From positions 882 through 64,881 of the forward strand of contig JAFVXH010000006.1 in assembly GCA_017501225.1 (NCBI GenBank): DNA of 64,000 nt, in the 5' to 3' direction. Source of the stretch: Clostridia bacterium (GTDB lineage: Bacteria > Bacillota > Clostridia > Oscillospirales > CAG-272). Below the pieces are notes generated by a model, which was given only the letters and a program-made list of their open reading frames with translations, did not search any database and had not been told where the DNA came from. A program made the translations under genes and the position numbers. This document shows, in pieces, positions 28,001 to 37,521 of the stretch (within the stretch, counting starts at the first letter, position 1; each line of letters opens with the position of its first letter).

Positions 28001-28548
28001 TATACGGATACGAGGTCGCGTCCGCTGAGGTAACGCTTTCTGACGGAACGAAAATCCCGGTAGACGGCTCGCTGTCCTTCATTATGCCGGACGGTGCGGT
28101 ATCGATCCGTCTGACGGTGCAAAAGGTCGTGTATACCGTTACCTTCTTGGTGGACGGTACCGTTTATCATACCGCGCAGTACTCCACGGGGGATGCGATC
28201 GTCCTCCCAACCTCTCCGAGCAAGTCCTCGGACGAAGCGTACCATTACACCTTTATGGGATGGTCCCCCTCGGTGCCGGCACTTGCGCTGGGAGAGGATC
28301 ACGAGCTGACCTACGAAGCGATTTTCTCGCAGACCTCACTGGTAGAGGAGGATCCGTACGTACAAAAGGGTCCCAACCGCCTCTTTACGGTCAATCTTCC
28401 CATTTTCCTTGGGGTGCTGACTGTCATCGCGCTCCCGCTCTGGTTTTTCCTCCTTTCGCCAAGCGCCAAGCGGCGCCGCAAGGAAAGGAAGGCGAAAAAA
28501 GCGGCGCGTGTGAATACGGACACCCCGCCGCAGAACCCTGAAACGTAA
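25087..28548 (+). CDS. Large secreted, C-terminally membrane-anchored surface protein with a Tyr/Ala-rich helix, Pro-rich segment and InlB-B/Listeria-Bacteroides-type repeats
   Basis: Signal peptide (..LPSVFA-E); repeats VTF.D.DG..YxFxGW...VTGDVTYxAxF; C-terminal TM plus RRRKERKAKK; promoter TTGACT-17-TACAAT at 25020-25048. Confidence 0.85.
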   Translation: MSWMHAPTKKIGLFLLCGILLLSFLLPSVFAEPERASALDYGNPQLDSNVKIAGSDLLSRLYGITPLASEATYLDGQKELSFLYSDTIPRSIVTTHYNGDAGTLDVTLPAYQFTANNGFLVIWTPMRATIGEDTRTFAVENGIYRCRFEGLFHTQDYTMNVDFSWSVEIPAEQAKRLLNAAYSAGSIALSELSAYEAELATYQAQLKAYEEHQAYLQWCRDFEAFEAAMEVYEREKQAYDAYRTEYETVYLPALERYQAWRDYYAYLKYEAALDEGKYQAYMAYKAQVDEVIADLAVLESLFVRDSNYWTFYPSLMGNTVTQVVEQRELLLLGGCDPVHIEGAASATVALRDLMSAYAALRDATYASDHDKYTALFAFYTANYEALRDNFTLLYSSVFAIYQVTGVAEEMDRLGRLAHFQQFAGQLYVTTTTLDDANPRTDKWNISKKSLETVVEAVNMVPDDNRANPATSGVAMPTVEVERVEYVKPMPEPDFPDPVEEPEPPTEVPEPKAPQTVSKPPEIVTEDIEHPGDAPSAPSISTELLSVVEDIRAGRLSERGDTTLRPLSFTKTVPCSVSVQNLMRVTFFDQDGTTVLDEQLLDYGSQIIYQGKSISFVQTPEREYRFLGWIEADGSSADLDSVTRHMTLYAKYESKDRSYCVTWSLDDRAPYSEYYFYGQTPRYPFPLVKESTDRYTYSFGGWDKEIAPVTGDVTYSGSFLPTVRRYTVTWEIDGVAHESLCEHGTIPVYGGEKPSKATDSYRYTFTGWRSEFGQPIGTVTGDVTYEAIFSALPIATAKDGTVYAVTQTDTTVTVHATLPSVMIGEAVKLATEQGKSLQIAWGNCTLLLDADALSALSASFCRRIDLRESVKEGGTLFSLLYLTSTGNSAGFATKATLRLHTKGADDLGNIFYLKTADGEERITASTLSLEGEVALLMRRGRPLQASPVEKCDISALYKYAEPGERVSLKLPCVYGYEVASAEVTLSDGTKIPVDGSLSFIMPDGAVSIRLTVQKVVYTVTFLVDGTVYHTAQYSTGDAIVLPTSPSKSSDEAYHYTFMGWSPSVPALALGEDHELTYEAIFSQTSLVEEDPYVQKGPNRLFTVNLPIFLGVLTVIALPLWFFLLSPSAKRRRKERKAKKAARVNTDTPPQNPET

Positions 28549-28581
28549 AAAAGCAGGAGGATCTTCCTCCTGCTTATCATC

Positions 28582-29226
28582 TTACGGTAATATCAGATCC
28601 CACGGTGCTCCCTGCGGCATCTCGGAAAATTGCATTGGCTTTTTCGTGATGGGATGCACAAAGGAGATCCGGTGACAAAAGAGCCCGATCGGGCATTTTT
28701 CACGCGCGCCGTATTTTCCGTCGCCCAGAAGGGAATGCCCGCGAGAGGCAAGCTGCACGCGGATCTGGTGCGTTCTTCCCGTTTGCAAAAGCACCGAGGC
28801 AAGGCTGATCGGTCCGTAAAGGGTTTGATCAAGCGTTTTCCTGACGGTATAGGTAAGGATCGCCTCCTTGACGCCTGCACGCGCGCGATCGGCGACAAAG
28901 CTTTTGCCTTGGCGTCGGTCATAGAACAACAGATCGCGCATCTCGCCCGCCTGCTGCTCGGGGATCCCGTGCATCAGGGCAAGGTATTCCTTTTGCATGC
29001 TGCGCTCCTGTACCTGACGGCAAAGTTCTGCGGCAGCTGCCTTGGTTTTTGCGTACAGCATCACACCGCCAACCGAGAAGTCCAGACGGTGCACGACCCC
29101 TGCGTATCCGCCGTTTTCCGCGGCAAGCAGATCGGCAAGACCGTCCTGTCGCTCGGTGGATTCCGAGGAAATATTTTGCGGCTTCACGACGACCCAAAGG
29201 GCAGCGTCCTCATAGAGAATTTTCAT
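28582..29226 (-). CDS. RluA family pseudouridine synthase
   Basis: MKILYED..VVKP, VHRLDFSVGG (catalytic Asp), LQTGRTHQIRVQL, LLGDGKYG. Confidence 0.93.
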   Translation of the reverse strand: MKILYEDAALWVVVKPQNISSESTERQDGLADLLAAENGGYAGVVHRLDFSVGGVMLYAKTKAAAAELCRQVQERSMQKEYLALMHGIPEQQAGEMRDLLFYDRRQGKSFVADRARAGVKEAILTYTVRKTLDQTLYGPISLASVLLQTGRTHQIRVQLASRGHSLLGDGKYGAREKCPIGLFCHRISFVHPITKKPMQFSEMPQGAPWDLILP

Positions 29227-29275
29227 AGAATTCCTTTCCAAAATAAACGAACGTCGAATGATAGGAGGTGACGGT

Positions 29276-30064
29276 ATGGATCAAATCGGCAGAGAGCCGG
29301 ACGTGCTGAGCGCGCAAGGCTTGCGTGACGCTCTCGGCTTCGGTGATCATGGATTGGACGTGCGTGTGTTTGATACGCTGGATTCCACCAACCGCTATGC
29401 CAAGGAGCTTGCCAAAAACGGGGAAGCGACGCACGCGTTGATCTGTGCCTCGTCCCAAACGGCAGGCAGGGGAAGAATGGGCAAAAGCTTTTACTCTCCC
29501 GACGGCAGCGGTGTCTATTTCAGCATCCTCTGTCCGTTTGAGCTCTCGAGCGCCTGCGCTACCTCGGTCACATCCGCGGCGGCGGTCGCCGTGATGCGCG
29601 CCATTCGCGCGCTGACGGGCAAGCAAACCGAGATCAAGTGGGTCAACGATCTCTACCTTGACGGCAAGAAGGTCTGCGGAATCCTCGCGGAAACGCTTCT
29701 GATGGGGAGATCCGGCTTTCTGGTGCTTGGCATCGGGATCAACTGGTATGCCGCGCCCTTTCCGACGGAGCTTTCCGAGATCGCGGGCTCTGTCGGTGCT
29801 GTGGGAGTGGCAAGAAGCACGCTGATCGCGCGCATTTACAGAGAGCTGACCCCCTATCTTTCAGATCCTTCCAATCGGGCTTGGCTGGAGGAGTATCGCG
29901 CGCACTCCGCGGTGATCGGCAAGGATATCGTATGGACCGAAAACGGCGTATCGCGAAAGGGGAGGGCTGTCGGCATTGACGACCTCGGCGGTCTTTGCGT
30001 GCAGACGGAGGACGGAGAGAGCTGTACCCTGCAATCGGGTGAGATATCGGTCCGTCTTGTGTAA
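29276..30064 (+). CDS. birA: Biotin-[acetyl-CoA-carboxylase] ligase (no N-terminal HTH)
   Basis: LDSTN, QTAGRGRMGKSFYSP, IKWVNDLY..KKVCGIL, GIGIN. Confidence 0.93.
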   Translation: MDQIGREPDVLSAQGLRDALGFGDHGLDVRVFDTLDSTNRYAKELAKNGEATHALICASSQTAGRGRMGKSFYSPDGSGVYFSILCPFELSSACATSVTSAAAVAVMRAIRALTGKQTEIKWVNDLYLDGKKVCGILAETLLMGRSGFLVLGIGINWYAAPFPTELSEIAGSVGAVGVARSTLIARIYRELTPYLSDPSNRAWLEEYRAHSAVIGKDIVWTENGVSRKGRAVGIDDLGGLCVQTEDGESCTLQSGEISVRLV

Positions 30065-30117
30065 CAAACGAAAAGGGATTGTCAACGCCGCGTCCGTAGA
30101 TCGACGCGGCGTGATTT

Positions 30118-31056
30118 TTATTGGGGATCTTCCTTTGCAAAGAGTGGGGTGGAGAGATAGCGCTCGCCCGAATCGGGCAGGATCACGGCGATGTGCTTGC
30201 CCCAAAATTCAGGACGTTTTGCAAGCTTACATGCCGCAAACAGTGCAGCTCCCGCACTGATGCCGACCAGGATCCCCTCCGATTTTGCAAAGGAGCGGGC
30301 GGCGGACATTGCCTCCTCATCCGCCACAGTAATGACCTCATCGCAAAGCTCGGTGTCCAGATTTTTGGGGATAAAGTTTGCGCCGATGCCCTGAATTCCG
30401 TGCGCTCCCGCATGCCCTTCGGAGAGCAGGGGCGAGGAGGCGGGCTCGACCGCGACGATATGGCAGTTCGGATTTTGCTCCTTGAGAAATTTTCCCACAC
30501 CTGAAAGCGTGCCTCCTGTGCCGACACCTGCAACCAGGGCATCCACGCATCCGTCAGATGCCTGCCAGATCTCAGGTCCCGTGCCCTTGTAGTGTGCCAT
30601 GGGGTTTGCGGGATTGTCGAATTGAGAGGGGATGAAGCTGTTCGGAATTTCACTTGCAAGCCTCTGTGCCTCCTCGATCGCTCCGCGCATGCCGTCCTTT
30701 CCCGGTGTTAAGACGATCTCGGCTCCGTAAGCCGCAAGAAGCTGACGGCGCTCTGTGCTCATCGAGTCTGGCATGGTCAGGATCACGCGATATCCGCGAG
30801 AAGCTCCAAGGGAGGCAAGACCGATGCCGGTGTTTCCGCTGGTCGGCTCAATGACCGTGCCACCGCGGGTGAGAAGCCCTTTTTCCTCCGCGTCGTTGAG
30901 CATAAACAGTGCCACACGGTCCTTTGCGCTGCCTGCGGGGTTGAATGCCTCCAGCTTGCAAAGCAGTGTTGCGCCGATCCCTTGTGCCTTACAAAAGGCT
31001 TGGGGGGAATACAGGGGCGTGTTGCCGATCAGTCCTTCCAGATTTGTGACGGTCAT
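30118..31056 (-). CDS. cysK: Cysteine synthase A
   Basis: IGNTPL, KLEAFNPAGSAKDR (PLP Lys), EPTSGNTGIGLA, GVGTGGT, PDSGERYLST. Confidence 0.96.
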   Translation of the reverse strand: MTVTNLEGLIGNTPLYSPQAFCKAQGIGATLLCKLEAFNPAGSAKDRVALFMLNDAEEKGLLTRGGTVIEPTSGNTGIGLASLGASRGYRVILTMPDSMSTERRQLLAAYGAEIVLTPGKDGMRGAIEEAQRLASEIPNSFIPSQFDNPANPMAHYKGTGPEIWQASDGCVDALVAGVGTGGTLSGVGKFLKEQNPNCHIVAVEPASSPLLSEGHAGAHGIQGIGANFIPKNLDTELCDEVITVADEEAMSAARSFAKSEGILVGISAGAALFAACKLAKRPEFWGKHIAVILPDSGERYLSTPLFAKEDPQ

Positions 31057-31197
31057 GGCATCCTCCTTGAAAACGTTACTACCGATATTATAGCATATTC
31101 TTTTGAAGCCTGTCAACAAAATGGAATAAAAAATACGCACGGACAACACGTCCGTGCGTATTTTTTATCGGATGCGGTGGGTTGATCCGCTCCGTGA

Positions 31198-31461
31198 TTA
31201 CTGCAATGCGTTGAGCTTTTTGGTAAACTGGCTCTTCTTGTGAGCTGCGGCGTTCTTATGGATGATTCCGTAAGCGGCTGCCTGGTCAACCTTCTTAACG
31301 GCTGCCTTATAAGCTGCCTGCGCTGCTGCCATATCACCGGAAGCCAAAGCTGCGTCGTACTTCTTGATCTCGGTCTTCATAGCAGTACGGTACATCTTGT
31401 TTTGCATGGTTTTGGTTTGAATGACCTTAACTCTCTTTTTTGCGGATTTAATGTTCGGCAT
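31198..31461 (-). CDS. rpsT: 30S ribosomal protein S20
   Basis: MPNIKSAKKRVK...GIIHKNAAAHKKS; GGGAGGTG RBS. Confidence 0.97.
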   Translation of the reverse strand: MPNIKSAKKRVKVIQTKTMQNKMYRTAMKTEIKKYDAALASGDMAAAQAAYKAAVKKVDQAAAYGIIHKNAAAHKKSQFTKKLNALQ

Positions 31462-31640
31462 CGTTTTCACCTCCCTATCAGATTTTAGCACTTGATGCTG
31501 AAGAAAAACGGCGCCTGAGAGGGTGCGCTCATATTTTCATCCATACCCATGTAGTATAGCACATCCATTTCGGAATTGCAAGAGCTTTTTTGAATTTTTT
31601 TGATATTTTTTCAAAAATATTACGTGATTTTGTGTAATTC

Positions 31641-34265
31641 TTATCGGAATGCGGTTTTTCCGTCCTCCAGATAGACCTGTGTGCGCAGGATCGAGTAGCT
31701 TTCCTTTGAAGGGTCGCCCACAAGGATCAAGCCCTTGTCCTTTGCCGCCTTGATCAGAAGCTCGGGATTGAGATGATCGGTCATGCCCGCGCGCAGAAGC
31801 ACCGTGATGCGGACGGTATCCGAGAACGCGGAGGGGTAAACCGCCTTGATGGAGCGGATTCCTTGCGTCAGGTCGATCTCCTTTTCTCCCGATTTTGTTT
31901 TCTTCATCATCGGAACGGGGGAGGTCGTAAAGAAGCTGCAAAGCTTTTGCGGCAGCATGAGCGAGGCGTTTTCCAGATGCAGGGTGATCTCGTATTTTGC
32001 CCATCCGATGTCCTGGAATTTCGTGCTCGGCTCGTATGCCTCGAGAACGTACAGCTCGTGCGTCAGCTCGCGGTTGAGGCGCTCCTTGAGCTCTGCGGGA
32101 GAGATGTCCTTTGCCAAGCGCAGATCGATGAATTCGCATTCGCTTTCGGTTCCGACCGAGAGGGGAAGACCGAAGATGACCTTCGCATGCGGATTAAAGC
32201 CCTGCGTGTACCACATCGGGATCCCCGCGCGAACCAGAACGCGCGAGATCGTGCGTTGCAGATCCAGGTGCGAGATGTACTGCAGATTTCCGACCTTGCG
32301 GAACGCGATGCGAATGGTTTTGGGCGTTTCCAACGGCTTCCAATCGGGCAGCTCGCGCACAGCAGCCTCGGCGGGAGCAGAAGCATTGGGGGCAGTTTTG
32401 CATCCCGGGCATACGGCACGCACACCGCCCAAAGCGTTGGCACCGCACGCGGAGCATTGCTCGCGGCAGTTGGGAGTCGTGCTTGCGGCATACGCCTTTT
32501 CTCTCTCGCGGAGGAAGAATTCCTTGGTCACACCGCAGTCGATGATATCCCAGGGGAGCACCTCGTCCGTGCCCCACTTCCGATTGGCGTAGAAGGCGGG
32601 ATCAATGCCCGTGCGTTCAAAGACGGAAAGCCACTTGCCATAGTCGAAATACTCGTCCCACGCATCAAAGCAAAAGCCTTCCTTCTCGGCAAGCTCCAAG
32701 GCGGCACCAAGGCGTCGGTCACCGCGTGCCAAGACCGCTTCGATGTGGGAAACACGCGCGTCGTGGTGCTGATAACGCACGTGACGGTTGGTGATCTTGG
32801 AGCTAAGGTAGGCTTGCTTCTCCTCCAACATCTTCATGGTATCCTGCGCCTCCCACTGGAAGGGAGTAAAGGGCTTGGGGATAAAGCAGGCAACGCTGAT
32901 GGTGACCTGAACCTGGCGCGCGCGGTTGCGGTTGGGATTTTGATAGTACGCCTCGGCAACCTTATCGGCAAGTGCGGCGATGCCGTCCAGATCCTCGTAG
33001 GTTTCGGTAGGAAGTCCGTTCATAAAGTAAAGCTTGACGGCGTTTTTCTTGGCGTCGAATGCCACGTTGACGGCGCGCAGCACGTCCTCCTCGCGCACGT
33101 TTTTGTTGATGACGTCGCGCAATCTTTGCGTGCCCGCCTCAGGGGCAAAGGTCAGGGAGGAGGATCGTACCGAGTCGATGCGATCCATCAGCTCCTTGCG
33201 GAAGCTGTCCACACGCAGGGAGGGGAGGGAAAGACTGACCGTGTTCTCGTCGGTCCAGGAGAGCAGACGGTCGCAAAGAGGCTCCAGCTCGGTGTAATCG
33301 CTGATGGAAAGCGAGGACAGCGAGATCTCCTCGTATCCCGTGCTTCGGTAGAGCGCTTTTGCTTGCTCATTGAGCACCTCGGGCGTTTTCTCGCGCACAG
33401 GGCGGTAGATCATGCCTGCCTGACAGAAGCGGCATCCGCGAATGCATCCGCGATAGACCTCCAGCATGATGCGGTCGTGGACGGTTTCGATATAGGGCAT
33501 GACCAGACGGTCAGGGAAGGATACCTTGTCCAGATCTTTTATGATCTGCTTGCGGACCTGCCTCGGGATATCGTCATAGAGCGGCGCGTATTCCGCGATG
33601 GTACCGTCGGGGTTGTAGCGTACCTCATACAAGGAAGGAACGTACACGCCCTGAATGGTTTTTGCCGCCTCGTGAAGGAAGCCCTTACGGGTATAGGTAC
33701 CCTCCTCCTTCATTTTGATGTATAAGCGCACGATGGAGGGGAGCATATCCTCGCCCTCACCAATGTTGAACAGATCAAAGAAATCCGCGATGGGCTCGGG
33801 ATTGTAAGCGCAGGGACCTCCGCCGATGATCAGGGGCGCGTCCTCCGCGCGGTCCTTGCTCCGCAACGGGATTCCGCTCAAGCGAAGCATATTCAGAACG
33901 TTGGTGTAGCTCATCTCGTATTGCAGCGTAAAGCCCACGAAGTCGAACTCCGAGATGGGATCACCGCTTTCCAGGGCGCAGAGGGGAAGACCGTGCTTCT
34001 TCATCTCCTCCTGCATATCCACCCACGGAGTATAGGCGCGCTCGCACCAGATGTCGGGGTGCTCGTTGAGCGACGCGTAAAGCAATCTCACACCGAGGTT
34101 GGACATGCCGATCTCATACGTATCGGGGAAGCAGAAGGCAAATCTTGCCTTGACGTCCTTTTTGTCCTTGAGCACCTGACCGTACTCTCCTCCCGCATAG
34201 CGTCCCGGCTTGGAAACGGATTTGAGGATGGTGCTGTTTGGACGGTTGGTTTGGGGTTTGCTCAT
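31641..34265 (-). CDS. TIGR03960-type B12-binding radical SAM protein fused to a TIGR03936/DUF2344 radical-SAM-linked domain
   Basis: KPGRYAGGE, FPDTYEIGMSNLG, RGCIRGCRFCQAG (CxxxCxxC), TFAPEAGTQRLR; C-terminal YISHLDL..R..G..YTQGFNPH. Confidence 0.9.
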   Translation of the reverse strand: MSKPQTNRPNSTILKSVSKPGRYAGGEYGQVLKDKKDVKARFAFCFPDTYEIGMSNLGVRLLYASLNEHPDIWCERAYTPWVDMQEEMKKHGLPLCALESGDPISEFDFVGFTLQYEMSYTNVLNMLRLSGIPLRSKDRAEDAPLIIGGGPCAYNPEPIADFFDLFNIGEGEDMLPSIVRLYIKMKEEGTYTRKGFLHEAAKTIQGVYVPSLYEVRYNPDGTIAEYAPLYDDIPRQVRKQIIKDLDKVSFPDRLVMPYIETVHDRIMLEVYRGCIRGCRFCQAGMIYRPVREKTPEVLNEQAKALYRSTGYEEISLSSLSISDYTELEPLCDRLLSWTDENTVSLSLPSLRVDSFRKELMDRIDSVRSSSLTFAPEAGTQRLRDVINKNVREEDVLRAVNVAFDAKKNAVKLYFMNGLPTETYEDLDGIAALADKVAEAYYQNPNRNRARQVQVTISVACFIPKPFTPFQWEAQDTMKMLEEKQAYLSSKITNRHVRYQHHDARVSHIEAVLARGDRRLGAALELAEKEGFCFDAWDEYFDYGKWLSVFERTGIDPAFYANRKWGTDEVLPWDIIDCGVTKEFFLREREKAYAASTTPNCREQCSACGANALGGVRAVCPGCKTAPNASAPAEAAVRELPDWKPLETPKTIRIAFRKVGNLQYISHLDLQRTISRVLVRAGIPMWYTQGFNPHAKVIFGLPLSVGTESECEFIDLRLAKDISPAELKERLNRELTHELYVLEAYEPSTKFQDIGWAKYEITLHLENASLMLPQKLCSFFTTSPVPMMKKTKSGEKEIDLTQGIRSIKAVYPSAFSDTVRITVLLRAGMTDHLNPELLIKAAKDKGLILVGDPSKESYSILRTQVYLEDGKTAFR

Positions 34266-34326
34266 GAGATAGTCCTTTCTATACAAGCCAAACGCCTACC
34301 TTACGTAGGCGCTTGGAGCGTGTCGG

Positions 34327-37300
34327 TTATTTTTTCAGATAGAGCCTTGAGCGGTTGAGCTCGGTGTGTGAAGCGATGACGCCCACCAAAGTCCAGAATG
34401 CCTGATAGAGCACGATGGCAAGAATTCCAAGCATGTGTCCGTATCCAAGGAATGCGAGCAGCCCGGATGCTAAGAACGCAAGGATCGAGGAGATCACCTG
34501 CATCCGCATGCCAAAGCGGTGAACGGAGTGGATTCCGTTTGCGGCGGCAAGCACGCAGACCAGATCCTCCTCCGACTGTGTCGCGACGGCACCCGTGTCG
34601 ACCAGCTCCGCATCGGTCTTTTCCTCGTGATTTGCGGGATGGATGACGTGGATCGGATCGGTGTCCTCCCCGCAAAGAGCGAGCAGGAACGCGTCGTTCA
34701 GGGAAGGATTGTAGGTTCTGATCGCGACTGCGGTATTCTGATAGGACAGACGCTCGATGATGCTTTCAAATTCCTCCTTGACGGCATATTGGATCTCGTA
34801 GCGGAGCTTGATGCGTCCGTTGATGGCAACGTACAGAACGCTGACGTCCTTGGGGCGAGCGAGCGCCTGATCGGTGCTTTCCTTCGGCACCTTGATGCCG
34901 TTGCGAAGCAGGAAGGCGGCATCGCCGGCGAGAACGTGGGTATTGGTGTTGACGATTGCCTCAATTCCGCCCTCCGTTACGCGGACGATGGAGATGGGCG
35001 CATCGGCAAGGGGCCCCTTTGGAGGTGTTGCGATCTGACCCAGGGTTCCTCCCAGCTTACAGAACAAATGAGAAGCGATCTGCAGATCCTCCCCAAAGCC
35101 GTCACCGCGGGAGAGGAAGCTCTGCGTGTGGATCTTGGCAACCAGCAGGTCGGTATCGTCGAATATCACGGTATTTTTCTGCGAATATTCGCAAACCGCC
35201 TCCTCCCCGAGCAGGGTTGCCTTGCGCGTTGCGAGCAGTCTGTTTGCCAAAAACAGAGGGTAGAAATAATTGAACACCGCTCCTACGGGCGCGCAAAGAA
35301 GGACCAGCTTCATAAACAGGGAGAGAGATGCGAAGAAATCTCTTTGATAAACCGCGTAGGAGAATGCGAGCACGATGGAGAAGGCAAGCATCAGAATCAG
35401 CGTGACCGCGAACAGACGCACAGAGTCTCCCATGCTGTTGAAGCGGCGGAAGAAGCCGACACATTCCTTTGCGGGATGCACGCGGTAATGCGCCTCACCC
35501 GTTCCGTCATGGATCAGCTTGACGATCTTATTGCCCTGACGGAGCTTTTTCTTGCGGGGAGGAGCGGGCTCCAGCACCCATTTGCTTTCCTGAGAGGTCA
35601 GGAGCTGTGCCGCCGAAAGCTCACAGCAGAAGCGCAGGACGTCGCACAGCGCAGTGACGAGAAGCGTACAAAGCGCCAGGAAATTGGCGGGGAAGAGCGT
35701 CACGCTTGCGGGAACAAAGAGGGCGGCGATATCGTAAAGAAGCACAAGCGGAAGTAGCAGCGCGCTGACCGAGTACGGATTGGGCGCGAATTTGAGCAGC
35801 TGACGGATGCCCGCATTGAGCTGACGGTAGGAGAATGCCACGCCTACACCAAGGAGAAGGATCGCCAAAATCGGCAAGAGATAGGGATATGCGGTATCGT
35901 AAGCGACAAGTCTGCCTCCGACGAGCGTGGGGAATTCACAAAAGACAGCCAACAGAGTGACAAGAGAGGTCAGAACCGTGCGGATCAGGAGGATCTTCTT
36001 GTCATGCGAGTAGGCGGCAAGAATTTTCTCGCGGTTGTGTGTCCCCACGTTTTCCTCACCGCGATAGCCGATTGCGGTGCGGTAGTGCTTGTAATGCGTC
36101 TGACTCTTGCGGCGCAGATGCTCGTAGCGAAGCTGCTTGAGATCCTCGGAGCCGACGATGCGACCAAGCTCGTTTTCATAGCCTAATTCCATCACAAGTG
36201 CGATGTCATCCTCATCCAGTCCGCTGCGCTTCGTGATGCGCTCGTGGAGCGTCAAGGTGGAGTCAGGTGCTTCCTCGGCAGGACGCTCGGGGAGCTTCTT
36301 ATGCTGTTTTCTTGGGGTGGGTGCGGCGTTCGGCTCGGCGGTAGCGGCTTGCTCCGCGAAAGCCTTCTGTGCGGACTCTGCGGCGGGCTGCTCCGGTACG
36401 ACCTCGTCCAGAACCTCCTCCAGCGCTTCCTCTGCAGAGGGCAGAGCTTCTTTTTGGATCTCTACCGGCGTTTCTTGCTTTTTCACCACGCGGCGCTTTC
36501 CCGGGGTCGGGCGGGGCAGAGGCTTGGATGACGTTGCGGTCATCACGGTATCCTGCATCTTGCCCGATTCCTGCGGGGGATGTACCACCACGCGGGGGGG
36601 CGATGCCTTTGCGACCGAGGACGCCGCTGCTTTTTCTTCGGTTGTCGTTTGTTTGCTCATAGCCGTATTGCTTTTCCCCCCGATGCGGATCGGCACCTGA
36701 GAGGAAAACTCCTTTGAAGACTGTGGCGCATCCCCTCCACGCGTCACGCCTTTGGGCGATATCACGATGGGGCTTTGCGGCTCGTATGCGGGCGGACGAA
36801 TGACGATGGCGTCCCCCTGCTTTTCAAATTTCTTTTGTTCTGCGGGTGCGGTTTTCGTTTCTTTGGAAGTGATGCTCTCCGAGACCGGTGATTCTTCCGC
36901 AATCACATCTTCTATGATCGGTTCTTCAACGATCGGTTCTTCAACGATCGGTTCTTCAACGATCGGTTCTTCAACGATCGGTTCTTCAACGATCGGTTCC
37001 TCAACGGGAGGTGCCTTGGACTTTTCCTTTTTTGTGGGAGCCTTGCGCTTGCGCGCGGGCTTTTCGACCACGGGAGCGAGCTCCTCGGCAGATTTCTCGA
37101 CAAGCTCGGGATTGACCTCCTCGACGGGCTTTGCGACGGGTTCTCCGACAGATCCCTCGATAGATTCCTCAACGGGCATCTCTGCGGGTTCGGCATGCTC
37201 CTCAATCCCCTCTGCCACGCCTTCTTCAATCGACTCCTCAACGAGCTCCTCTATCTGTTCGGATTTCTCGGGAATCGGTGCGGAAGCGACCTTTTTCGAT

Positions 37301-37503
37301 GCCGTTTTTTTGTTTTTTTTGGAGGGCTTTTGCTCACCCTCGGCGGATGCCAGCGCCGTGCGGAGCTTGTCCGCAAGCTCGTCGTCGGTTTCCGTCCGTG
37401 TTGCCTTTTTTGCGGATTCCTTTTTCGGAGAATCCCCAAGGTAGGAAGCGCGCAGCTTTTTGAGGATATCGGATATTTTATTTTGCTCCTGTCCGGATTT
37501 CAT
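34327..37503 (-). CDS. Membrane protein resembling a degenerate P1B-type ATPase with a ~430-aa low-complexity N-terminus
   Basis: LLGEEAVCEYSQKNTVIFDDTDLL aligns with GEALExLxxVDTVVFDKTGTLT; VLYVAING..AVKEE..IERL..TAVAIRTYNP aligns with the P domain; about 8 TM. Confidence 0.7.
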   Translation of the reverse strand: MKSGQEQNKISDILKKLRASYLGDSPKKESAKKATRTETDDELADKLRTALASAEGEQKPSKKNKKTASKKVASAPIPEKSEQIEELVEESIEEGVAEGIEEHAEPAEMPVEESIEGSVGEPVAKPVEEVNPELVEKSAEELAPVVEKPARKRKAPTKKEKSKAPPVEEPIVEEPIVEEPIVEEPIVEEPIVEEPIIEDVIAEESPVSESITSKETKTAPAEQKKFEKQGDAIVIRPPAYEPQSPIVISPKGVTRGGDAPQSSKEFSSQVPIRIGGKSNTAMSKQTTTEEKAAASSVAKASPPRVVVHPPQESGKMQDTVMTATSSKPLPRPTPGKRRVVKKQETPVEIQKEALPSAEEALEEVLDEVVPEQPAAESAQKAFAEQAATAEPNAAPTPRKQHKKLPERPAEEAPDSTLTLHERITKRSGLDEDDIALVMELGYENELGRIVGSEDLKQLRYEHLRRKSQTHYKHYRTAIGYRGEENVGTHNREKILAAYSHDKKILLIRTVLTSLVTLLAVFCEFPTLVGGRLVAYDTAYPYLLPILAILLLGVGVAFSYRQLNAGIRQLLKFAPNPYSVSALLLPLVLLYDIAALFVPASVTLFPANFLALCTLLVTALCDVLRFCCELSAAQLLTSQESKWVLEPAPPRKKKLRQGNKIVKLIHDGTGEAHYRVHPAKECVGFFRRFNSMGDSVRLFAVTLILMLAFSIVLAFSYAVYQRDFFASLSLFMKLVLLCAPVGAVFNYFYPLFLANRLLATRKATLLGEEAVCEYSQKNTVIFDDTDLLVAKIHTQSFLSRGDGFGEDLQIASHLFCKLGGTLGQIATPPKGPLADAPISIVRVTEGGIEAIVNTNTHVLAGDAAFLLRNGIKVPKESTDQALARPKDVSVLYVAINGRIKLRYEIQYAVKEEFESIIERLSYQNTAVAIRTYNPSLNDAFLLALCGEDTDPIHVIHPANHEEKTDAELVDTGAVATQSEEDLVCVLAAANGIHSVHRFGMRMQVISSILAFLASGLLAFLGYGHMLGILAIVLYQAFWTLVGVIASHTELNRSRLYLKK
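36922..36996. repeat. Five exact tandem copies of a 15-bp unit (EEPIV)n
   Basis: TTCTTCAACGATCGG x5 with degenerate flanking copies. Confidence 0.95.
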
Positions 37504-37521
37504 GGGGCTCTCCTTTCACAT

